Below, piece by piece: positions 1 through 13,100 of a stretch of DNA of 64,000 nucleotides; positions within the stretch are counted from its first letter, which is position 1, and each line of letters opens with the position of its first letter. A model generated the notes under the pieces. It had not been told where the DNA came from. It ran no database searches and saw only the letters and a list, made by a program, of their open reading frames with translations. The DNA lies in contig BDGG01000009.1 in NCBI GenBank assembly GCA_001949185.1, positions 423,624-487,623 of the forward strand. The letters run 5' to 3'. The position numbers were made by a program, and so were the translations under genes. This stretch comes from Ramazzottius varieornatus (Eukaryota; Animalia; Tardigrada).

Positions 1-42
1 TGGTCAAATAAGTCTTCGCGACTCTTCTGATACTCCGCTTAC

Positions 43-1418
43 CTTGGTTTCACCAGGAATCGGTGCGACCTTGACCACTTTCTTGGCTTTGAGCGTGTTG
101 ATGATGGAGCTTTTGCCGACGTTGGGGTAGCCGATCAGCCCGACCGATATCTGCTTCTTGTCGATGTGCAGCTTTGCGAACTGCCGCAAAATGTTGATCA
201 GAGGCCCCTTGCCAAAGGAGTTGGTGATAGATGCGTGGAAGGCAAGGGTGGGATACTCCTGACTAAGAATGGCCACCCATTTCTTCGTCACCCACGTCGG
301 TACTAAATCGCACTTGTTCAGGATGAAGATTAAGTGCTTGAAGGGCTTTTCTTCCTTCAGAAACTTTTCAATGGTCGGACTGCGCGTCCCCATTGGATCA
401 CGAGCGTCCAAGACTTGTAAAAGCACGTCGGACGAATCCACCACCTGAAAAAAACCCAAACATTTACAGATAACCACACCGGGAGGTTACTTTAATTAAA
501 CGGCGTACCTTGTACAACTCGTTCCAGATTCTCTTTGACTGTCCCGCAAACATGATCCATTCCTTAGCCTCATCACGCTCCCCGCCGTCATCCACCACCA
601 AGTCTCGATCTTTCTCCACATCGTAACTGTCTGTCGTTGTTGAGGCATGCGAAACGAAGTCCTAAAGAGAAACGACCACCACTGTACGAATATACAAACC
701 GGCAGACCTACTTCCTTCGCGACTTGGCCGACGGCCCAAAGGTGACATGCGACACAGAGCACGCCAAGGCTCGCCATCAGCGTCAGATTCTGGAACATCG
801 CTTGATTATTGATTACCTTCAAATCGTCAAACTTGACATTGGGCTTCTTCCGCTGCGCTTTCGGTCCAAACGTTGTCTCGAACTTTTCCACGTCCAGCAA
901 ATGGGCACGCTGGTATTTTGCTCGTTCATTCAGTAATGTGACAGGCAATTTAGTGGGTCGCATCACGACGCGGTAGGGGTCTTTTACAGCTTTGCCTGTA
1001 ACACACAGAAGTACAAAAGGGATAATTTGCCCGTCTTCCTCGCAAACTGTCCTTCCACTAAGCAAGAAGCATGGTTCGAAACTTTGTGCTAACGTCCGAG
1101 GAACAAACCTAGCTCGTCTTGGAAAGTCTGGAGTGCGCTCTGGCCGACCACACGCGTGTTTCCAAACCATTTCCGGTTGGGCTCAACTCGACTCTGAGTA
1201 CCACTTTTGTGCCAGCTCTGGAACGGTGCTGGCTTGACAATGATTCCCTTAGCGTTGCGCTGAGGCTTGGAGTTTTTGTACATCAATAGCCGCTTGATGG
1301 TAGCACGATCCCGCTGCCCAGCATGTTCACGAGGACGATCGGGATTGAGACTGTGGCCACCCATCTGGAAGCCTTCTTTCCTCGTCGTTCTGATATCGCG
1401 CTGACTCTTTCGACCCAT
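43..1418 (-). CDS. GNL2: Nucleolar GTP-binding protein 2 (GNL2/Nog2), 5' part; exons 1418-1109, 995-817, 661-509, 444-43; continues past the window start
   Basis: N-terminal HSLNPDR...[11 protein letters not shown] and [13 protein letters not shown] (NGP1NT region); circularly permuted GTPase motifs [19 protein letters not shown]; GT-AG junctions keep the frame. Confidence 0.95.
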
Positions 1419-1566
1419 CTTCTCGCAGCGTCCTGGCTTACTTAATGATTGTGAACCTTCAAATCCACGCCCTCGAGCGATCCACTGAACCTGAAAGCGG
1501 AAGATATCAGGACAGTCGCGCGCGGAAGAGAATCGTGGAGAACTTTGCCGAAGAAAATAAAATATA

Positions 1567-1743
1567 CAGATTGCGAGCTAAAGCGCACTAGCACAATTTC
1601 GATACGCACAGGAACATCGTGACATCATATGAACAAGTTGGTCTCGTGGCTCTGTGTTAAAAGAGTCGCACAGTTTTTACATATGACGTCACGATGTTCC
1701 TGTGCGTATCGAATTGCGCTAGTGCGGATTACTTCGCAATCTG
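1567..1743. mobile_element. TA-flanked MITE (CAGATTGCG...CGCAATCTG), ~65-bp imperfect TIRs
   Basis: Inverted arms 1567-~1630 and ~1680-1743; TA on both sides (1565-66, 1744-45); partial copies at ~47960-48076 and ~62653-62730. Confidence 0.8.
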
Positions 1744-2013
1744 TATAATAATTAAAATCTGACAAACGTGCGGTGTGCGCACTGTGCAAAAGCAGCAGAA
1801 GCTGCAGAACAACAGCGTGTACTATGCAGCAGGGGAGCCACACAAGTTGTGACTCATCTCCTACCTGTCCTGCTGTTGAGAGAGGATGGCCGCGAGTCTC
1901 GTTTGAGTCACCGCCCACCTGCGCGAGTTCCTTGGAGAACTGGATTTATCTTGCAGCAGGGTGGGGTTATAGTGGTCTATCTTCAGGCCTTTGCCAGTTT
2001 ACCTAGGCTCCGG

Positions 2014-2494
2014 CAGAGCATAAAAATGGTCCGTTAAGCGGAACTGAACTGCAGTTAACGGAAGTTTCGGCCCGCTTCCGTTCTGGAATATCCGAAATTA
2101 TTTCCGCTTTTTTCCGTTCGGTTCCGACAGAATGACGTTCCGCCCGTTCCGTTCTGATCGGACTGGCTGTTAGAAAAGAGAACTTCCCCAGGCAGCGAGA
2201 AGTTAGATGATCTGCTGTACTTGAAGTGGAATTTGGTTGTGGAAGATAGTGGAAAGCCGAAGACATCGGCGAAAAATATTTTACCGAAGGATGTTAAAGC
2301 GTGAATCTTTGGCGATCATAAACTGTTAAGTTCTGTGCGAACGGTGTATTTTAGTTTCGGTTCCGAACATCGAAATCTTCCGTTCAGTTCCGTTAAAAAA
2401 TTTGTGATTGCTTTCCGCTCGTTTCCGTTTTCGTTTTCGCTTTTTTGGAAAATGTGGATTTGGTTTCCGGTTTATCGAACGGTTTTATGCTCTG
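2014..2494. mobile_element. Non-autonomous hAT-type element, 481 bp
   Basis: TIR CAGAGCATAAAA / TTTTATGCTCTG; perfect 8-bp TSD GGCTCCGG (2006-2013, 2495-2502); many subterminal TCCGTT/AACGGA repeats; no ORF. Confidence 0.88.
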
Positions 2495-3279
2495 GGCTCC
2501 GGTGAGATGCACGTGACCACACTTGCCTACATAACCTGTTGATTAGTTGATTCGCGATGCCGTGACGTTACTTTTGCCCTGGATCCACGCACGCAAGGAG
2601 CTTTCAAAATTTTCTCTAAAATCTCATAACCGCCCGATTCCTGCGTGACCGATCACAAATATCCGAGCCCAAAATGCTCTAATTCCTCAACGTGGGTCCG
2701 TCCGAAAAAAGTTGTCAGAACGAGCAGAAACTACGAAAGTGCCTACCTTTCCCTGATGTTTTAATTATTCTACCGTACGTGCCTTCCCAGCTGGAGACTG
2801 GTGGCGCCTCATACTGGCATCTCACCGGCGCCTCGTCAACGCTAGTTACGCTATCTTGCCTAGCTTAGGCCACTACAACCCCACCCTGCTTGCAGATTGG
2901 TGACTTGGTGTCCTTTGGAGTTTGAAATTTATTTCACGGACGAATTGCCCGTGTTTAACTCTCTCATCTTCCGTGATATAACCGACAAGTTCTTCTTATC
3001 GCTACGAGTCCGAAGGATGGGAAGAAAAAGGGTCCATAAAAGTGAAGATTGGCGCAATGAAATAACGCTTGATTACTCTGCAGCTCAGGTATGACCGTAT
3101 GAGAATTGAGCAAAGTGCAGTTAGCATTCCGATGGGTGATGTGTACTCATCGCGATGCTGTGATCGTTGAGTGTCTGTGTAGTCTCTACATGCTAGCTAC
3201 GAGGATGTGTAATGCCGCGAGCGAGAGTTCGACGTTGGTGTTTCAAGCGTAGGCAAAAGTGTACCAGTATTAATTTTTC

Positions 3280-3299
3280 CGAGAGAGAGAGAGAGAGAG
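3280..3299. repeat. (GA)n microsatellite upstream of the myosin coding region
   Basis: About 10 GA/AG units read directly. Confidence 0.7.
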
Positions 3300-4196
3300 C
3301 TGCTCTTTCTCGTACAGAGAGCCCAAGCTAACTGGTTCAGTGGAACTTCCTGGTTGTTCAAGGTTCTTCACTTGTGTACGTTCATACTGAAGCAGTGTCC
3401 AAGATGCAGCTTGCCGATCGAGCGCGCCATTAAATTTGTTGAAAACTGGAATAACCTCATTCTGTGCGATTGCCCTGGCGTTGCGTCCATTTATACTATG
3501 CCTTGATTGATTGATCGTGGGCTGATCCTTGACTTGTTTTCAGATATTATCGCTGTGGATCTCTTTGGAATTAACTCGCGCGTCGTTTTCACCGGTTTCG
3601 CCTGCTTGCTAACCGGTAAGACTCTATCTGAAGTTATCAGTAGTTCTTGAAAGTCCGATCGATTGTCAGTTCTCAAAAAGAAGAACGGTAGTGTGAGTGG
3701 TGTTCGCGCTTGGACGTTGGCCGAACGAAAATCTGTCACGCTGCGTAAACTCAAGTCGCGCATGTCGACACACAGTAGCAGCTGCAGACCGTAGAGTTCT
3801 TAAGGTGTTTTTACGTCATACGAGACTGAGTTGAGCAGTGGAAACAGTGCGATCCAGTTACTATGAGCTTATCACGTGGTTTCGCCTTGAGTCTTTTCTG
3901 TTAGGTGGTCATGTGACGTGCTGCGTTTGTTGTGGAGGTATGATCGAATTGATTGAATCTAACAGTTTCGAATTTTTGACTGGTTTTGTTTTGACTGTTC
4001 GGTCTTGTGGCTTTTCTTTTCCACGTTTCTTCTGCTCGCAGTGCAGCTTGTGGTTTGATCGCTTTGATGGTTCTTACTGGGCTGAGTATGTGAGCTCTTC
4101 ATAGGTTTGTTGTTGTTGCAGAGAGTTCAGCAGGAAGAAAGCACGCAGAGCGCGGAGTGCCTGCGTGGCGTGGCACAGCCAGCGAACGACGTCAAC

Positions 4197-7100
4197 ATGG
4201 CCACTTCAGAGGATAACTTGGCCATGAAGTACCTGGTGGTGGAGAATCGCAGCTCAGCCAGTGATCCTTCGACACAAGCAGAATGGGCCTCCAAGCGGCT
4301 AGTGTGGGTGCCGCAAGAAAAAGAGGGCTTCGTCGCAGCCAGCATCAAGGCCGAAAAGGGGGACGTCTATGAAGTGCAGCTAGAAGAGTCTGGCAAGAAA
4401 CTTACCATCAACAAAACCGAGACCCAAAAGATGAACCCTCCAAAGTTCAACAAAGTGGAAGACATGGCAGACCTAACTTGTCTCAACGAAGCTTCCGTTC
4501 TCTACAATATCAAAGATCGCTACTATTCCGGACTAATTTATGTAAGTTCTTTATAACGTTGAACAGAAGAAAGTGGCGCACGTTTTCTTTGACATTGGCT
4601 CGGAACATGCGCCACTTGGGAAAACGGTTTGGGTAGTTCTGTTTGTCCACGTCCCACATGCCGGAGTTTCACAACCGTTGCCGCTGACAAAAGGGTATTC
4701 TGACCATCTTAGGGAAGATATAACTCATGTTGTGGCATAATTGACGGTTATTTTTCGGCACAGGTGTTTTGATATTTAGGCCGAAAGTTTAAATATGCAG
4801 GAATGTGGCGCGGAAAGCAAGTCATCTTGTTTCCGGTGCTGCCCCAAAGGAATGACTCGGAAATGCCTTTAATTAGCTCACTGACAAGATCGTTTACTCA
4901 TGACTCATGCTCATCTTCCTGACCTACAAAACGTTCGTTGAGAAAATACTACAATTGAAAAGTCCAAGATTATGGCCGCCGAAAATGAATTGTGGAGACG
5001 CTTATCAGCATACTTTCTGTCTAATTTTACAGTGCTGATTTTTCAGACTTACTCTGGTCTCTTCTGCGTGGTGGTAAATCCCTACAAGCGTCTGCCGATC
5101 TACACAGAACGGGTCATCGAAATGTACAAAGGGAAGAAGCGTCACGAGATGCCACCCCATGTCTTCGCCATCACCGATACAGCGTACCGCTCGATGCTGC
5201 AAGGTACCACCTTCATATTGAGTCTTTCTGTTAAACAGTGTCGACCCAGCACACTTGTTCGTCTGACAGCGTGATGTAATGTGTCGGTGATTTCGTTTGG
5301 TGCTAGCGAGTAGGTAGAGCACCAACACAGACAGAGACGCATCGGAATGTTGGCAAAAGCCAACAGCAAAGTGAACAAAGTAAAGAAGAGCAGATGTCGA
5401 TAATGCCGATGGTGCCACAAATATGTCACTATACACCAAAAAGCCCATCACTACCGGTCACACCAACTCCCACAATGGCGAAATCCACGCTATTAATGAT
5501 ACAGTATCAAATGGGAGCTCGGCGAACAAACTCGACAAGATTGGTTTCGCATGTGGCGCACGCTTTCGGTGTTAAGGGCTGGCAAAGTGCGCCACTTGAA
5601 TAAACCGATCTTGTCCAGTTTGTTCGTCAAGCTTCCCAAGTTTGGTGTGAATTTTCGGGGAGGAGAAAGAGGAGGTTGACGCGAAGTTTCAGTGGAAAGG
5701 TTGATGGGCGGGTTTCTGTTGATAAATAGTCAGGAGGATGAATGGTCTGTCAGGGCGTCAGTATTCTTCCAAGACATTCGAGAGGCTGGTGACTGTAATG
5801 GATTGTCGAATGAAGAAAGAAAAGGCAGTGGTGGTTTTTGTGCATAGGCAATTGACCTGAGTGTGCGTTTATCATGAAGAGCGGATAGTGTTAGTGAGGC
5901 TGATCTGAAAGGCAAATTGATATGGCGACAAATGTGTATTTTGTATACATTGGAAGGAAGGTTGCAAACTTGCGGCAGGTTTTGTTGGATGAAGCCATGC
6001 GATGAGACGGCAACAGCAATAGAGCATTACCACCTGACAAAATTTAATATTTGAGTGAGCAGAGGCGGCCATAAGGTCTCACAGTGCAGTACAGTACAGC
6101 ATACCATAATGGGCTATTAATGTTAATCAGTTGTTGTGAATTATGGCTATAAAATATCAGGAGCGCCAACGCCTTTTTCGGTGAGCGAAATTTTTCTCTG
6201 CTGAACTACACCAACACCCATATAACCCGAAAAACTATTGACGCTTTTGTTCTTTCTGTTGCAGATCGGGAAGATCAGTCCATCCTCTGCACGTGAGTAT
6301 ATTCGGGACGCTGGCAAAGACTTCACCCAGATCGTTCCCCAAGTGGCGCACACTTCAAGCTAGTAACAATGGAAATGTGCGCCACTTGGCTAAATAATCA
6401 AGCTCGTCGAGATCGTTTTTTCAAGTGGCGCACGCTTTCAGGCAGTAGCTTCGAAAGCGTGCACCACTTGGGATCACTATTTGAGGGAAGTCATTTGCCG
6501 ACGCCCATACTTTGCATTTCGTGGCTCCGACATCGATAGGGCCGGTACTAATTTTCCTATGTTATAGTGGTGAGTCTGGAGCAGGCAAGACTGAGAACAC
6601 TAAGAAAGTCATTCAGTACCTGGCCTCTGTGGCTGCATCTAAACAGAAGGCCTCCGCCTCCAGTTCAGTCAATACTTCACTCCACGCGGTAGGAATCAGA
6701 ACTCGGCTTTCTGGTTTTGGTACACGTTCAATAGTTCTCTCGTTCGTCGCCTGCTCGTTGCCTGAGTTTCTTCCGGCTGAATCACTTGCTCGAACCATTC
6801 CCTCCTTTCATAATTTCTTTTTGTCTTTTGGTAGCAGCATGTAACGTCGACCTTGTCTCAAGGCAATATCGTGAGTTCCCTCTTCCTCCAGTTCGGATTT
6901 TCTTCTGTTTAAGAAGGCTCTTCTCTGATCAAAGACGAGTGATTGACGATCTCTTTACGTTATTTAGGGGGAGCTGGAGCAGCAGTTGCTGCAAGCCAAT
7001 CCCATTCTGGAAGCCTTTGGTAACGCCAAAACTGTCAAGAATGACAACTCTTCCCGCTTCGTAAGTCTAACCTTTTCTGCTGACGGAAACGAATGTGTAT

Positions 7101-10100
7101 TTAGCCGTATGGAGTGTCCAGCGATCGTGGTTTGGGTGATTTACAGGGTAAATTCATTCGAATCAATTTTGACATCAGCGGCTACATCTCTGGAGCCAAT
7201 ATTGAAACCTACCTGTTGGAGAAGTCGCGCGCCATTCGACAGGCCAAGGATGAACGGGCCTTTCACATTTTCTACCAGCTACTGCTGGGAGCCACCAAAG
7301 AACAGCGTGGTAAGCCTTGGTCTTGCTAATTTTTTCGGACACTTATCATGACAGTCGGTCGGGGGGGGAGGTTTGCAAGTACACGCAGGACGAGAAATTA
7401 TGGTACAGTAAAAATTATGGTACAGGCCTTGTCGCTGCGGCGGTACGGGAGCACGTACGTACGCGACCGATGCACAGTGATACATTTTTCGATGCTTTTC
7501 TACGGTCGAATTTCTATTTTGCCGTCCTTTCCGCCTGTCCCATAATTTTTAATGTACCATAATTTCTCGTCTTGCGTGTACAGACTCAAGACGTGAAGAG
7601 TCCGTTGTGCCCTTTTCCTACGGAAATTGTGCGTCAAGACTCAAGGCCGTGCCGAACATCGATATTTCGGCAGAATCACCTCTTGCGCCCAAAGTAATTC
7701 TCCGTGATTGCAACCAGTACAGAGTTAGGATGGAACAGTAATTGAAGTGATGTGTTTGGATTGTTGTTGTGATTGCAGAAGAATACTTATTCGAAGACAT
7801 CAAGAACTACCGCTTCCTGTCCAACGGCAATGTTCCGGTGCCGGGTGTAGATGACAAGTTGGAGTTTCAAGCGACAGTCAAGGCCATGCAGATCATGGGC
7901 ATGAGCAGCGACGACATATCTTCCGTCTTTCGCGTCGTCTCGGCCGTCCTGCAGTTCGGCAATCTGCAGTTCAAGCAGGAAAAGAACTCTGACCAGGCCA
8001 TCCTGCCAGATAACACCGGTAGGGCACCCACATTTACCTTTCGACATCAGCGCTTCCGTTGAGGTCTACCTTTCTTGCATTGTAGTGATACAGAAGGTGA
8101 GCCACATGATGGGCACCAACGTGGTGGAACTAACCAAGGCCATCCTCAAGCCCAAGATCAAGGTGGGCCGTGAAACGGTGACTAAGGCTCAGACCAAGGA
8201 GCAAGCCGAGTTCTCCACCGAAGCCATTGCCAAGGCCTGCTACGAGAGGCTGTTCCGCTGGCTGGTCACCCGTATCAACAAAAGTCTGGACCGGACAAAG
8301 CGACAGGGCGCTACCTTCATCGGCATCCTCGATATCGCCGGCTTCGAAATCTTCGAGGTACGAGTTCGACAAAATCGTTCTGCTAAGTGACGCACCTTGC
8401 CAGTAATCTTGCTCAGTAAATGCGCCACCTGGAATACGATCTTGTCAAGTGGCGCACGCTTCCAGTGTTTTCGGCTGGAAAAGTGTGCCGGTTAAAAAAA
8501 CTGATGTTAACGAGGGGCAGTTCGTTCTTCTATGAAACCTTACATGTGTCTTTGGTTGTAGGTCAATTCCTTTGAGCAGATGTGCATCAACTACACCAAC
8601 GAAAAGCTGCAGCAACTCTTCAACCACACTATGTTCGTCCTAGAACAGGAAGAGTACCAGCGGGAAGGTATCAAGTGGAACTTTATCGACTTTGGGCTGG
8701 ACTTGCAGCCGACCATCGACTTGATCGAGAAGCCCATGGGAATCCTCTCCCTGCTGGACGACGAGTGCTGGTTTCCCAAGGCTACCGACAAGTCCTTTGT
8801 CGAGAAGCTGTCGACGGCACCCTTCACCAAGGATCATCCCAAGTTTGGGAAACCCGACTTCCGGTCGGCTGCCCACTTTACCATCTCTCACTACGCCGGC
8901 AAGGTACGTCTGGTAATGCACCAAGTTCGCTGGCAGTCACGGACAACGGGTCTTGTTGGCAGGTGGACTACTCGGCCGATATGTGGCTGATGAAGAACAT
9001 GGACCCGCTGAATGAGAATGTTGTGCAGCTGCTGCAAAACTCGCAGGAACCGCTGGTGGCCAGCATCTGGCGCGACGCTGACATTGTCGGTATGGGCGCT
9101 GTCGTCGGAATGGATACGCAATTTGGTGCCAAGACACGCAAAGGTATGTCATCCATTAAGAACCAAATGCTACTGTAATCTTGGGAGACTGGCAAACGAC
9201 ACGCTCAGAAACGCTTTGCCCAGTGGCGCATGCTACCCGCTAACAACAATGGTAACGCGCGCCACTTGATACAACGGTCTTGTACGTTTCGTTGGCAATG
9301 CAAATGTATGTTTCAAATGTATGTCCACGGTATTATTCTGTTTGATATCGCGTGGGAAAAAGTGGATGGAGATCACAAAGAGTTGTTGTGTAGGCATGTT
9401 CCGGACGGTGGGTGCCACGTACAAGGAGCAGCTAGCCAAGCTGATGGTGACGCTGCGCAACACCAGTCCCAACTTTGTTCGCTGCATCCTGCCCAACCTG
9501 GAGAAACGCCATGGCAAAATCGACGCGCTGCTAGTGCTGGACCAACTACGCTGCAACGGCGTCCTGGAAGGCATCCGCATCTGCCGCCAAGGCTTCCCCA
9601 ACCGCGTTCCCTTCCAAGAGTTCCGCCAGCGCTACGAACTGTTGACACCCAACGTCATCGAGAAGGGCTTCATGGACGGCAAGGAAGCGGTCAAGCGCAT
9701 GATTCAAGCCTTGGAGCTCAATGAAAACCTCTACCGCATTGGCCAGAGCAAGATCTTCTTCCGAGCCGGTGTGTTGGCTCATCTGGAGGAGGAACGTGAT
9801 CTGAAGCTGTCCAACCTCATCACACACATCCAGGCCTACTGTCGAGGCTATCTTTCACGCAAGAACTACCAGAGAAGGTGATTATAAACATACGAGATGT
9901 AATGTCCTCATTCGCATCTCAGTTGTGTATAGATTCGAACTGGGAAAGTAATTCGACAAGAACGTTGTTTCAAATGGTGCACCTCTCCGGCGGTTAAACT
10001 GCGAATTTGCGCCACTTGGAAAAACAATCAATCTCACTGAGGTCGTTCTCCAAGTGGCGCACGCTTCCGGCCAACAACACCGAAATTGTGCGCCACTTGG

Positions 10101-13100
10101 GGAAAATCCCGTGTTGTCAAGTTTGTTCCCTGAGCTTCCCTTTTGACTGGCATGTTGTCTTGTGTTTTCAGGTTGCAACAGCTGAATGCCATCCGAGTCA
10201 TCCAGCGCAACTGTGCGGCCTACTTGAAGCTGAGGAACTGGGAATGGTGGCGCTTGTTCACCAAGGTAAAGCCGTTACTGCAAGTGACCAATGCCGAAGA
10301 GAAGGTGCAAGTGAAAGAAGAGGAGCTGAAGAGTATCAAGGAGAAGATGGACCGCCTGTCGGTAGACTATGTCGACTTTGAGCGAAGGTTCGTTTCTCTT
10401 GGAGACTTTGTACCGAAACACCGGTGTAGCGTCTGAGTGTAATCTAAAAGGCAACTTGGTTACAGGTATGAGCAATTGACTGAAGAGAAGGCCGTGCTGG
10501 TGGAGCAGCTGCAGAACGAGACGGAAGCTTGTGCTGAAGCCGAAGAGATGCGCGCTCGTCTGGCCACTCGTCAGCAAGAGCTGGAGGAGATCCTTCATGA
10601 TACGGAAAGTAGGCTGGAAGAAGAGGAGAACAGAGTGGCCAGCTTGACCGCCGAAAAGAAGAAGCTGACGGACAATATCCGCGATCTCGAGGAAGAACTC
10701 GAAGTAAAGAGCCGTCTTCTTTGCCTGGGAAATGTGCAAACGAAACGTACATGAACTTCATCTCAAGTGGCGCACTTTCTCGGTATTATGGGCTGGAAGC
10801 GTGCGCCACTTGAAAGACAGATCTTGTGCGTTTTGTTTGCTGGCCTTTCCAGCTTTACTAAGGTCTCGGTCACTCACTTTTTGACTGTGAATAAAAGGTC
10901 AGTAGATTGACTAAGGATGACGTCTTTCGTGTGGTGTTCAGGAGGAGCAGACAACCCGGCAGAAGTTGCAACTGGAAAAGTCGCAGCAAGAGACACGGAT
11001 AAAGAAGATGGAGGAAGACTTGGTGGGCAACGTGGGTCTGATTGAGCGCCTGCAGAAGGAAAAGAAGGTGCTAGAGGAGCGTATCGAAGCTCTGACCGCC
11101 CAGTTGGCCGAAGAGGTGGAGAGGGGTAAGGTGCTGACGAAGCAGAAGCTCAAGCTGGAAGGCAACTTGGCCGAAGCCGAAGAACGACTACAGCGCGAAG
11201 TGGCTGCCCGCCAAGAACTGGAAAAGATGAAGCGGAAAGGCGACACGGAACTGTCCGAGATGCGCGAGCAGCTCCACGAGAAGAGGAATCATGTGGACGA
11301 ACTGCAGATTCAGCTCGCTAGGAAGGAGGAAGAGTTGGCGGTACTGGCTACACGGAATGACGAGGTACGGTTGCAGTAGTACGGGTGCGGTATAGTACTG
11401 TACGATACAGTTCAGTATGGTACGTTTTCCCAAGTGGCGCATGCTGACAGCCAGTAACAACAAAGATTTGCCCCACTTGAGAAAACGATCTGGGCTGAAC
11501 CTGTATGTCCGTTTCTGAGTTCAGTTAACTATTAGAGTGATCTGGGTGGAAGAATGACCGCGTTAACGTTGTTTGCTTCGGTTGTAGGAAAGTGCCATGA
11601 GGACAGCAGCACAGAAGAGTTTACGAGAAGTCACCAGCCAGTTGACGGAGACGATGGAAGATTTGGAAGCCGAGAAGGAAGCCCGCACCAAGGCCGAACG
11701 AGTCCGTCGCGATCTCAGTGAAGAACTGGAGGCTCTCAAGACGGAGCTGGTCGAGTCCATGGACACTGGTCAAACTCAGATGGTATGTGACAACAGCTCC
11801 TTCTTCCCTATTGTATAGCGTTAGCTTGTGAATAGGGAGAAGACTGTTGTGTCCTTGTAGGAAGTGCTGAAGAAGCGGGAGGACGAAATGTTTCGCGTCA
11901 AGAAGATGCAAGAGGAGGAGGCCAAGGCCCACGAAGTGCTAATGGCCGAGGTGCGGCACAAGTACAACGCCCAACTGGAAGTCCTGATGGAACAACTGGA
12001 GACCACCAAGCGCAACAAGGCGGCGGTCGACAAAGCGCGTCAGACGCTGGAAGGGGAGAACGTCGACTTGGCTAATGAAGTCAAAGCTCTGGCTGCCCAG
12101 CGTACCGAGTCGGAACGACGGAGAAAGCAGGCGGAGGCGCAGGCCCAGGAACTAAGTGTCAAGCTCAGTGAAGGCGAAAAGACGCGGGCGGAAGTGGACG
12201 GCAAGATGACCAGACTGCTTCAAGAACTCGAAGCGGCCAACTTGCAGGTAAGTTTCACTTCCTCATGAGCGTTCTTTCCCCTCGCTCTCCTTTGAATGCC
12301 AAAGTCAACAAAGTGGCTTCCCCTAGAGGCGCATAGTTTCGGCCGTTAACAATGACAACTTGCGTTACTTGGAAAAAACAATCAAACTCGATGGGATCAT
12401 TTTCACAAGTGGCGCACGCTCGCAGCCATCAACAACTGGGAACGTGCGTCACCTGGGAAGACAGTCTTGCCGTGTTTGTTTACTGAACTTGCAAATGGGT
12501 TTGAAAATGCTGCTGTTTGTTTGGGTAGGTGGCCGAGATCGATCAGCGAGCAACCAAGGTGGAGAAGAACGAAGCGAACCTGGTAGCGCAGCTGAACGAA
12601 CTGCAGCGGAGTCTGCAGGAAGAAGCCACCAAGAATCAAGCCTTGACCATTCGTATGCGCCAGATGGAAAGTGATCGTGATACTCTTCAGGTAAGAGACA
12701 CATTACAACTATCATATTCAGTCAAATTTGAACTGAAACGGATTAGCGCGGCTGTCGTGCAGAGCTGTTTTTGTCAGTGAGTTGATTTTGCCCCCTTCTT
12801 CTACGGGAATGGCTGTCAATTTGTTGCTGAGCACGGCCTTGACAGGCGTGCCGTGGAGAAAGGACTAAGGAATGGAGTAGCTATAGCGGTAATTTGATGT
12901 TTGTTTGTTTGTTTGTGATCCAGGAGCAACTGGAAGAGGAAGAAGAAGGCAAGAAGAGTCTTGAACGGGCAGTGGCTCAGCTGCAGCAGCAGACGGTGGA
13001 GTTGCGGCGCAAGTTGGAAGATGACGCCCAGACAAAGGAGGCGGTGGAAGCCATGCGCAGGTCCATGCAGAAGGAAGTGGAGGAACTGCGCTTGACGGTT

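Noticed and set aside
662-816. Possible snoRNA in the 155-nt GNL2 intron
   Set aside because: A hairpin and an ACA are present, but no convincing H box or C/D boxes
5550-5600. Family A core as a metal-response element or NK2/tinman site
   Set aside because: TGCGCCA does not fit the MRE consensus TGCRCNC, and the CAAGTG match alone is too short to support a call
6305-6506. Family A arrays as a CRISPR-like repeat-spacer locus
   Set aside because: The repeats alternate in orientation, the spacers are homologous to one another, arrays have only 1-3 units inside eukaryotic introns, and there are no cas genes
4542-6567. Family A as an introner (intron-creating element)
   Set aside because: Element ends do not coincide with splice sites, and host introns include positions I recognise as old in myosin II (after YYSGLIY and around the [10 protein letters not shown] microexon)
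9882-10178. Many short ORFs sharing SGA, CATW, KWRT or VRHL peptides
   Set aside because: They are translations of the family A core in different frames, not a protein family
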